Part shown: positions 47,801 to 54,985 of the stretch, one piece after another | How positions within the stretch are numbered: the first letter of the stretch is position 1 | How the letters are laid out: each line of letters opens with the position of its first letter | Assembly: GCA_028534125.1 (NCBI GenBank) | Contig: CM052837.1 | Location: forward strand, 23,250,001-23,314,000 | DNA from: Lama glama | Taxonomy: Eukaryota | Direction: 5' to 3' | Length of the DNA stretch: 64,000 nucleotides | The notes under the pieces: model-generated | What the model was told of the DNA's origin: nothing | Database searches by the model: none | What the model saw: the letters and a program-made list of their open reading frames with translations, nothing else | Program-made: the position numbers and the translations under genes

Positions 47801-50800
47801 AGGTCTGACCCCTCCCCAGCCCCGTCCCTGGGAGTCAGGACTGACCCTTCCAGACTGCTCCCCAGTGTAACCTCCATTTCCGCCTTGGGTGGCAGCAGGG
47901 TGCAGGTTGGGGCACGTTGGCCAGAAGACTTTGTTCTTTGCTGCTCCCTCCCATTGTGGAGGTCCGTCAGACAGGAGCTTCTTCTTTGCCTTTTTTCTAA
48001 GGAGTAAGAAGCCGTGTCCTATTCCTCACACCCTTTTCTCAGCAGCCAGGGACCCAGGGAGAAGGTTCCATCTCCTACTTTGCAGATGAGGAATAATGGG
48101 GTCCCAGCTACAGCCAGAGATCCTGGTCCCAGGGGAGGCACTGGGCACCTGCAGACACTCCCTTCCCAGCTTCCCAGATGGACTCCTGTGCAGACTCTGG
48201 ATTTTCCCTGGGGCCCAGGGCAGGGACTTACAACGTTCCACCTGGCAGAAACTTCCCTGGCAGAAACCCTGGCTCTCCCATCAGACCTGTCTTGGAGCCT
48301 CCTGCAGGGCCAGGGTGAGGACTGTAAGGAAGGCGGGTTGCTGGCAATGGCACCTCTGGCCTCCTGAGCCCCAGTTGGGAAACCTAAGAGCGTGTGTGCA
48401 CACGTGAGGCTGCAGGTCAGGAGAGCAGCGGGGAGGGACTGTCTGCTTTGACCAGTGCTGCTCTCCCCCGCAGTGTGCCGTCAAAGCTCTCTTTGACTAT
48501 AAGGCCCAGAGAGAAGACGAGCTGACTTTCACCAAGAGTGCCATCATCCAGAACGTGGAGAAGCAAGAGGGAGGCTGGTGAGCCTGGCCCCTGGACGGGA
48601 GCCTGTGGTGTGAGGCCAGGAGTGCTGGGCTCGGGTGGGTGCTGACACAGAGCGCTCGGGAGGCGTGGGCCGTGTGCCCCAATGTGCGCCTGCAGGCCTG
48701 CCTTGGCCTGGCTTAGCTGTGGGGCCCTGACGTGATGCCCTCCTCTTGGGAGTTTGGGGTGGTTGCTGGTGATCAGCATCCTGTGGCTTCCACAGGTGGC
48801 GGGGGGACTATGGTGGGAAGAAGCAGCTGTGGTTCCCTTCAAACTACGTGGAAGAGATGGTCAGCCCAGCAGCCCTGGAGCCTGAGAGGGAGGTGAGAGC
48901 AGAGCCACACTGGTGGGACAGGATTCCCACCCACAGATTCTCTGCTTGTGCAGACCGCCCCCCACCTGTGTATGGTCCCGTCCCACTTCCATGGAGTCCA
49001 CAGGCTCCCGTGAACACGGGCCACATCATTGTGGTCATATGAACGCTGTCAGATGTATTTGTCTTGTGCACACAGACATCCCCCACACGTGTGTGTAAGC
49101 AGACATGCTCACCACCCGTGGGCTTTGCCTCCCACAGCACTTGGACGAGAACAGCCCCCTGGGGGACTTGCTGCGGGGGGTCTTGGATGTGCCAGCTTGT
49201 CAGATAGGTAAGCCCCTGCCCTTTTCTTGCCCAGTCCTCCTTAGGGTTAGGTTGTCCCTGGTGGCTCTCTCCATGCCCCACAGCAGGAAGCCGATGGCTG
49301 TACCTCCAGAGGCTGCCCTCCCTCCGCGCTCTCCCCATTCCCGGACACCTCGTTGATACCCAGGCTCCCTTCTTCACCCCCAGCTTGAACACCTGCACAC
49401 TCGCCCTTTACAGGCACCGTGGATGCTGCTGCTGGCCAGCTGACATCCACAGTCCTGATGGGTTGGTCCCTGCATGTGACAGTGACGTGGAGACAGGAGG
49501 GGAGGGGCACATGGCCCCAAGTAGCAGTGACTTGTCACTGGGCTGCAGCATCCTCAGCTGTAAAACAGGCCTGGCAGAGCAGTGGCACCTCATCTCGGGG
49601 CACAGGGTAGGGGGACGGGGACACATTTGTCCCCCAGCTCTGCTCTCCTCTCCCTCTAGCCATCCGTCCCGAGGGCAAGAACAACCGGCTCTTCGTCTTC
49701 TCCATCAGCATGGCGTCAGTGGCACACTGGTCCCTGGATGTGGCTGCTGACTCACAGGAGGAGCTGCAGGACTGGGTGAAAAAGATCCGAGAAGTAGCCC
49801 AGACTGCGGATGCCAGGGTGAGAGCCTGCCGGTGGCCCTCAGAGCAGTGGGCAGCCTCAGGGATACAGCCCTTGCCACTAGGTGGGGATTGGAGGAACAG
49901 ACATGTGAAGAGCGGTGTGGCTTGTTGAGGAGTGTTGAGTTTGAGATTCCTAAGAGACATCCCCGGTGGCTCTGCCTAGTGGGCAGCTGGATAGCAAGGG
50001 CAAAGGTGAGAAGACGAGTCCTGGGTTGGAAGCAGGAGTGGATGCCCAGGAGCTCAGGGACGATGGGGTGGGGTGTAGAGTAGGAATGGGGTGTAGCATT
50101 CTAGGATGTGGGTGTTGAGAAAGGAGGGGCTGGAAGGGGAGGCCAGTGAGGCAGGGGCTGTGGAGCAGACAGGCAGGATCAGAACCTGAAAGTTCCTGTT
50201 GGATTTGGCAACAGCAGGTGGCCCGGGTGACACTACCATGTCAGGAGCTATGGGATGGCAGTGGGCATCACGGAGTGTGGAAGGCCAAGGCACAGCCTCT
50301 GCAGGGCCAGGCCAGGATTCAGGCGGGCGAGGAGGTGGAAGGACGCAGAGCCCAGGCTGGGCGGGAACGACCAGCTTCTGGAGGAGGGAGGCTCTTCTGT
50401 GAGCCTGGGATGGAGAAGGAGGTGCTCGCCAGGGAGGGGGAATTCCTACTTGATGCCACCCCAGGTCATGTAGGGTGAGGTGGAGGGGCTGCAAGACACG
50501 TCTGTGGCTGGTGAGGATCCCACCCTGAGTCTTGGAGCACACGTGTCCTCGGGGGCAGGGAGGAGGCGGGGTGGTTCTGAGGTGAGCTGAGGACAGACAG
50601 TGGGGTCTGGAAGGTGCGGGGGCGTGTGCCCCAGGCTGCCTGGGCTTTGGTGTCCGGGGCAGGGCTCCGGCCTAGGCTCAGGGCCCGTGTGCCCTCAGCT
50701 CACAGAGGGGAAGATGATGGAGCGGAGGAAGAAGATCGCCCTGGAGCTCTCGGAGCTCGTTGTCTACTGCCGGCCTGTTCCCTTCGACGAAGACAGTAAG

Positions 50801-53205
50801 GGTCCCGCCCAGACCGGGGCTTTGGGGGGCCGGCCCCCAGCGGCGCCTGGGTGGGCGGGCTCTGTAAGTGCTCTCCCTGTTTGGCCCAGAGATCGGCACA
50901 GAACGCGCTTGCTACCGGGACATGTCATCCTTCCCGGAAACCAAGGCTGAGAAATACGTGAACAAGGCCAAAGGCAAGAAGTTCCTCCAGTACAACCGGC
51001 TGCAGCTGTCCCGCATCTACCCCAAGGGCCAGCGGCTGGACTCCTCCAACTATGACCCTTTGCCCATGTGGATCTGTGGCAGTCAGCTGGTGGCCCTCAA
51101 CTTCCAGACCCCAGGTAAGGAGGCGGCCTCTGGGTGTGGAGGGGCCCTGCCAAGGCAGTTGGGCTGGAGTCCAGTTTCCCGGCTCTTCCAGACAAGCCCA
51201 TGCAGATGAACCAGGCCCTCTTCATGGCCGGCGGGCACTGTGGCTACGTGCTGCAGCCCAGCACCATGCGGGACGAGGCCTTCGACCCCTTCGACAAGAG
51301 CAGCCTCCGGGGGCTGGAGCCGTGCGCTATCTCCATCGAGGTGGGAAGGGGACCCTCTGCCAGGGGTTGTTTCAGATGTCGGGGCGGAGGTGCTGGTTAG
51401 TATGATGGGGGAGGGGCACTGGACTGTCCTCGAGCTCGAGGAAGACACGGCTGTCCGCGAAGGTGGCTGCAGGCCTCCACTGTGAGGCTGGGCTCTGAGC
51501 AGCACAGGCCAGAGGCCACTGGGCTGAATGTGGCCATTTCTTGGCTCTGAGGAGTCAGGCTGTCCAGTAAGGCCAGGCTGTGAATGGCCACTGCCTGGCA
51601 GGAGTGGGCAGAAGACAGGCAGGAAGCTAGAGGCCCCCCAGCAGGAACAGGCTGGACCACACTTCCTAGAATGGCGCTTGAGCGAGACTTGACCCCACAC
51701 CTCACCCCCTCGAGGCCGCAGGGCTCACTCTGGTGTAGAAGCCTTGAGCACCCCTTCGCCCCAGGTCAGAAGCTTGGTGCTGTGGGGTTCAGGATGCGAG
51801 GGGCCTGAGCAGAGTGTTGAAGGAGTGAGGACAGCATGGGGTGAATGTGTTCTTCCCCAAAGAGATTCTATTTTTTTGTTCTAGGGGGAAGTATTTAAAA
51901 ATTTCCATATTAAATCAGAGATGGATTTAATGTGGAGTAGATTGCAAAAACTTACATGAAAATTATAGCTAAAACTAAGACTTCTTCAAAAGAATTTTTG
52001 CTGCAGGAGCTGCTCTCAGGACCCTGATGATTTGAGGGACTTGATGGGCAGTGCCCGTGGGGCCCAGCAGAGGGCGTGCTACCTCCACTGCATAGCGGGG
52101 ACTTGAAGGGAGCCTGAGTATGGTCCTGGGTCCATCTTTGCCTGCCTTACAGGTGCTGGGGGCCCGACATCTGCCGAAGAACGGCCGGGGCATCGTGTGT
52201 CCTTTTGTGGAGATTGAGGTGGCTGGAGCAGAGTATGACAGCACCAAGCAGAAGACAGAGTTTGTGGGTTAGTCTCCCCAACCCACTCACCTCATACTCC
52301 CAGGGCACCGAAGGCCCCTCCACACCTGTGACCCCGTCCTCTGCCGATGGTGGCCTGAGGCCTCTTGCTCTCGCTTTTGCAGTGGACAACGGACTGAACC
52401 CTGTGTGGCCAGCCAAGCCCTTCCACTTCCAGATCAGTAACCCCGAATTCGCCTTCCTGCGTTTTGTGGTGTATGAGGAAGACATGTTTAGTGACCAGAA
52501 CTTCCTGGCTCAGGCCACCTTCTTGGTGAAGGGCCTGAAGACGGGTGAGGACCCTTTCTTGAGACTGACTCCTGTGATCTGGCTTGGGGGTAGGGGGCCT
52601 TGCTTGCCCTCCTCTTGGGCTGAGGGCCAGGCTTTCTCCTAGGATACAGAGCGGTGCCTTTGAAGAACAACTACAGTGAGGACCTGGAGCTGGCCTCCCT
52701 GCTCGTCAAGATAGATGTTTTCCCTGCCAAGGTAACGGCGGCGGGGCGAGCGCTGGGCCCGGCTTTGCCGGGTGCTGGGCCGCCGCTGACTTGTGCATTT
52801 GCCCCATGGAAGCAGGAGAACGGCGACCTGAGTCCCTTCGGCGGGGCGTCCCTGCGGGAGCGAGGCTGCGACACCTCGGGCCAACTATTTCACGGGCGGG
52901 CCCGGGAAGGCTCCTTTGAAGCCCGCTATCAGCAGCCATTTGAGGACTTCCGCATCTCCCAGGAGCATCTCTCAGACCATTTTGACAGTCGGGAACGAAG
53001 GTGAGGGGCTGGAGGGAAGGTGGCCAGTCTGCAGCTTGGAGAAGGGGGCCTGAGAGACGGGAAGGAGCGCCTGGAGCCTCATGCAGGACCGCTCTTTTGT
53101 CTGTGGGCTGTCCCACCGGGCTGCACCTGCTGCTGGTAAGGACGCTCTTCCCTTCTGTCCAGGGCCCCACGAAGGACTCGGGTCAATGGAGACAACCGCC
53201 TCTAG
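20655..53205 (+). CDS. PLCG1: 1-phosphatidylinositol 4,5-bisphosphate phosphodiesterase gamma-1 (PLC-gamma1), complete 32-exon CDS, 1291/1290 aa
   Basis: 32 GT-AG exons sum to 3876 nt in one frame: [11 protein letters not shown]... nPH, EF-hands, X box (SSHNTY, IYHG), split PH, nSH2, cSH2, Y771/Y775/Y783 linker, SH3, Y box, C2, ...RVNGDNRL*. Confidence 0.99.
22505..22720 (+). mobile_element. MIR SINE in PLCG1 intron 1
   Basis: catagtggttgaaga...cacctgtaatatgggagtaataat...gttaaatgag...tagtacagtccctgacacattgtaaatgtttaata. Confidence 0.75.
25560..25780 (+). mobile_element. MIR SINE
   Basis: cagactgcctgggttaaaatcct...cttacttgctctgtgatcttgag...gggttttgtgaggattaggtgag. Confidence 0.8.
26570..26770 (+). 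mobile_element. MIR SINE (degenerate)
   Basis: gggtttgagtctcagctct..ctgtgaccttggcacaagttacttaaacct...agtgctcggcacagcacgtggcac. Confidence 0.65.
30660..31320 (-). mobile_element. L2 LINE fragment
   Basis: ctaggcactggg...tggtccatgcgctcaaggagcttacactccaatgg; gatgttaagggtgattctgaagtgtctag; caggtggagacctcaggtaggtagttggat. Confidence 0.65.
40036..40188 (+). CDS. PLCG1: PLCG1 exon 2
   Basis: cctag|TT GAT ATT CGT...CAA G|gtggga; [12 protein letters not shown]...LSLQ; 153 nt. Confidence 0.98.
40275..40368 (+). CDS. PLCG1: PLCG1 exon 3
   Basis: gatag|CC ACG TCT...GAG AG|gtagga; [13 protein letters not shown]; 94 nt. Confidence 0.97.
40509..40556 (+). CDS. PLCG1: PLCG1 exon 4
   Basis: ttcag|G TGG CTG...GAT CG|gtaggt; [15 protein letters not shown]; 48 nt. 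Confidence 0.97.
40960..41740 (-). mobile_element. L2 LINE fragment in PLCG1 intron 4
   Basis: gagttgaggatgacagtaagctttttggcttgagcatctggaaaggtggagttggcattgactgag...aggtggagatgttgagcaggcag...gaggtcattggtgaccttga. Confidence 0.8.
42673..42757 (+). CDS. PLCG1: PLCG1 exon 5
   Basis: [28 protein letters not shown]; 85 nt; AG/GT flanks. Confidence 0.97.
42848..42931 (+). CDS. PLCG1: PLCG1 exon 6
   Basis: [28 protein letters not shown]; 84 nt. Confidence 0.97.
43170..43204 (+). CDS. PLCG1: PLCG1 exon 7
   Basis: [11 protein letters not shown](R); 35 nt. Confidence 0.95.
43425..43497 (+). CDS. PLCG1: PLCG1 exon 8
   Basis: [24 protein letters not shown]; 73 nt. Confidence 0.96.
43593..43694 (+). 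CDS. PLCG1: PLCG1 exon 9
   Basis: [34 protein letters not shown]; 102 nt. Confidence 0.97.
43870..43988 (+). CDS. PLCG1: PLCG1 exon 10 (X box, catalytic His in SSHN)
   Basis: [13 protein letters not shown]...[10 protein letters not shown]; 119 nt. Confidence 0.98.
44069..44154 (+). CDS. PLCG1: PLCG1 exon 11
   Basis: [28 protein letters not shown]; 86 nt. Confidence 0.98.
44232..44352 (+). CDS. PLCG1: PLCG1 exon 12 (second catalytic His, IYHGHT)
   Basis: [24 protein letters not shown]...FVAS; 121 nt. Confidence 0.98.
45013..45181 (+). CDS. PLCG1: PLCG1 exon 13
   Basis: [12 protein letters not shown]...[14 protein letters not shown]; 169 nt. Confidence 0.98.
45266..45388 (+). CDS. PLCG1: PLCG1 exon 14
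   Basis: [13 protein letters not shown]...LYLEDPVNH; 123 nt. Confidence 0.98.
45467..45568 (+). CDS. PLCG1: PLCG1 exon 15
   Basis: [19 protein letters not shown]...EEPKE; 102 nt. Confidence 0.98.
45642..45829 (+). CDS. PLCG1: PLCG1 exon 16 (nSH2)
   Basis: EKWFHGKL...[19 protein letters not shown]; 188 nt. Confidence 0.98.
46039..46239 (+). CDS. PLCG1: PLCG1 exon 17 (nSH2)
   Basis: [14 protein letters not shown]...TNAHESK; 201 nt. Confidence 0.98.
46309..46428 (+). CDS. PLCG1: PLCG1 exon 18 (cSH2)
   Basis: [15 protein letters not shown]...[18 protein letters not shown]; 120 nt. Confidence 0.98.
46519..46699 (+). CDS. PLCG1: PLCG1 exon 19 (cSH2)
   Basis: ttaag|G GCT GAG; [10 protein letters not shown]...LEKIGTA; 181 nt. 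Confidence 0.97.
47550..47627 (+). CDS. PLCG1: PLCG1 exon 20 (Y771/Y775/Y783 linker; activating Tyr codon 47595-47597)
   Basis: [26 protein letters not shown]; 78 nt. Confidence 0.98.
48474..48577 (+). CDS. PLCG1: PLCG1 exon 21 (SH3)
   Basis: [19 protein letters not shown]...QEGG; 104 nt. Confidence 0.98.
48745..48795 (+). ncRNA. MIR6871: Putative ortholog of the 5'-tailed mirtron mir-6871 at the 3' end of PLCG1 intron 21
   Basis: cttgggagtttggggtggttgc and cagcatcctgtggcttccacag are close to recalled hsa-miR-6871-5p/-3p; hairpin closed by TGCTG/CAGCA and ending at the 3' splice AG; expression not shown. Confidence 0.6.
48796..48892 (+). CDS. PLCG1: PLCG1 exon 22 (SH3)
   Basis: [20 protein letters not shown]...PERE; 97 nt. 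Confidence 0.98.
49138..49207 (+). CDS. PLCG1: PLCG1 exon 23
   Basis: [23 protein letters not shown]; 70 nt. Confidence 0.97.
49660..49817 (+). CDS. PLCG1: PLCG1 exon 24 (C-terminal half of split PH)
   Basis: [17 protein letters not shown]...[16 protein letters not shown]; 158 nt. Confidence 0.97.
50699..50795 (+). CDS. PLCG1: PLCG1 exon 25 (Y box start)
   Basis: [32 protein letters not shown]; 97 nt. Confidence 0.97.
50890..51114 (+). CDS. PLCG1: PLCG1 exon 26 (Y box)
   Basis: IGTERACY...[16 protein letters not shown]...VALNFQTP; 225 nt. Confidence 0.98.
51192..51340 (+). CDS. PLCG1: PLCG1 exon 27
   Basis: [10 protein letters not shown]...CGYVLQP...CAISIE; 149 nt. Confidence 0.98.
52153..52267 (+). 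CDS. PLCG1: PLCG1 exon 28 (C2)
   Basis: [23 protein letters not shown]...KTEFV; 115 nt. Confidence 0.98.
52383..52544 (+). CDS. PLCG1: PLCG1 exon 29 (C2)
   Basis: DNGLNPVW...[29 protein letters not shown]; 162 nt. Confidence 0.98.
52643..52731 (+). CDS. PLCG1: PLCG1 exon 30
   Basis: [29 protein letters not shown]; 89 nt. Confidence 0.97.
52813..53000 (+). CDS. PLCG1: PLCG1 exon 31 (alternative start 52816 via NAGNAG)
   Basis: gaag|CAG|GAG; (Q)ENGDLSPF...RYQQPFEDF...DSRER; 188/185 nt. Confidence 0.96.
53163..53205 (+). CDS. PLCG1: PLCG1 exon 32 coding part
   Basis: tccag|G GCC CCA...[16 protein letters not shown]. Confidence 0.97.
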
Positions 53206-54985
53206 CTGTGCCCCAGCCTCGTGGAGAGCAGCGGGTGCCGTGCACCTCACGGAGTGCCGTGAACTGGGTTCTTGGGAAGCAGCCTACCATGGTACTGGCC
53301 TTGCCGCCTGGAGCCTGGGTTCCAGCAGTGAACACTAGACGGAAACCAAGCCATTAATGAGATGTATTACTGTTTTGGGCCTCCACGCCCCAGCTCCGGG
53401 TGAAGGCAAAACCTGTACTGTCTCCCATGTAAGCACATGCCTCTGGCCCTGACTTCTGGGTGTGCAGCTTCCATCTTACAGGGTCAAGACCGTGGCCGCA
53501 GCCCCTTGGAGAGACAGGCTGCTTCAGCCAGTGGCACAGGAGGCCCTGAGGAACCGCTGACATTCCTGAGAGGAGAGGAGGAGCAGCAGCCTTGCTGGGC
53601 TACCGAGAAAGAGTTTACATTGTCCTGTAGCTTTAAAACCACAGCCAGGCAGGGAGGGCACATGTCCCCACAGTTTGGCCCTGGAGCCAGAGCAGAGGCG
53701 CACAGGGCCTGCCTGGAGAGGAGGATGCAGCACAAGGGCACATTGCCCATTGCCAGAAGCACTGCCCAGCCTGACAGATAAAGGGGCTCATGTTAAAAAT
53801 AGTAGCATTGGGCAGCCCAGGCTGTGGAGGGACGCCCCAAGAAGGGTCAGCGAAGGAGGCCGAGCTCCAGGGTGCTACCTGGAGCAGGGACAGCGACAGC
53901 ATGTCCCAGAGCCACAGCAGTGCTTCAGGGCCGTAGGAGGACGAGGGCCCTGGAGCTGGACACGCCGGGCCACTACACCACCTGCCTGCGGCCTGGATGC
54001 AAGCCTGAAGGACCATCACCAGGGTAGATGGGTTTGTGGGCATTGGACATGCTGTGCCACGATCCCTCCCATGTTGTCAGCAAGGGCATGCCTGCATTGA
54101 CACCATGGCCCCTGAGACCCACAGCAAGATGACAGCTTGAGACCTTGGTCAGAATGATCAGTGCCAGCCTGGCCAGAATGGAGGAGCTAGTCATCAAGGC
54201 AGAGGTCAAGCTGAGGACTGTCCCTCGTACGTTCAGGAAACTCCTGCACACAATTAACATCCCTCCTTCAACAAGGCGCCCTCTGCAGCCCCAGCAGACT
54301 GGCTACGAACCCCCGTTTAGGACTGAAGACCACTCCCCTCGGATCTGAGTCTGCCAGCCGACGCTGCAAGAGGATGCTGAGATGATCTCAAGTTCCGTGA
54401 AGTCAGTCGAAAATCCTGTTAACAGACATGATGTTGGAGTATGGAGTTTTAAAGTTTATTTTTTGCACACTCTTTCTCACTATCTTCATTATTTCATGTA
54501 GGCTGTATGATTTTCTATGTCTTCCACTTATGACCTGAAAGCTGCTTGGTAGGGGGATCGGGGAAGCAAAATGAACGAAGTCATCTGTGCACTGGGGCAG
54601 AACTATTCTTTTTATGGACTTCACAGCTCAACTAACAGTGTTACCTTTTCCAGATTTACACGTAATCATCGGAAGAACCACTGAGCCGTTCAAGCCTTGT
54701 TCTTATTCAGTCCTAAAACAGTGATTCAGTTTTCTATAGCTTACCTTTAGGGTAGCTGGTAAATTATTTTAACATTATATTAAACTTTCCATATCATGGA
54801 TTGTAAACCGAAGAAAATTACAGTTTCTGAGAAAACGTATGGATCTATTTAAACCAATTCTGAAGTCGTATTTGAAAGTATGACCTTGCCGTCAACTGTC
54901 CATAGCAAACTTGTCTATGTATGGTTGCCAACGTTTGCTTTATAATTTAAATGTTAATAAAAATTTTAAATTTTATTGGAAAAGT
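53206..54985 (+). other. PLCG1: PLCG1 3'UTR ending at AATAAA 54956-54961
   Basis: First canonical + strand AATAAA I found after the stop, at the end of an AU-rich block (54400-54980) and followed by U/GU-rich sequence; an earlier non-canonical site is possible. Confidence 0.65.

Noticed and set aside
49875-49887. CTCF-like CCACTAGGTGGGG in intron 24 (similar motif at ~23062-23077 on the minus strand)
   Set aside because: Mismatch at a core position; such near-matches are common in GC-rich DNA
45146-51700. Minus-strand ORFs of ~200-230 aa (45146-45751, 47010-47708, 51083-51700)
   Set aside because: Shadow frames of GC-rich PLCG1 exons and introns, with no independent coding signal
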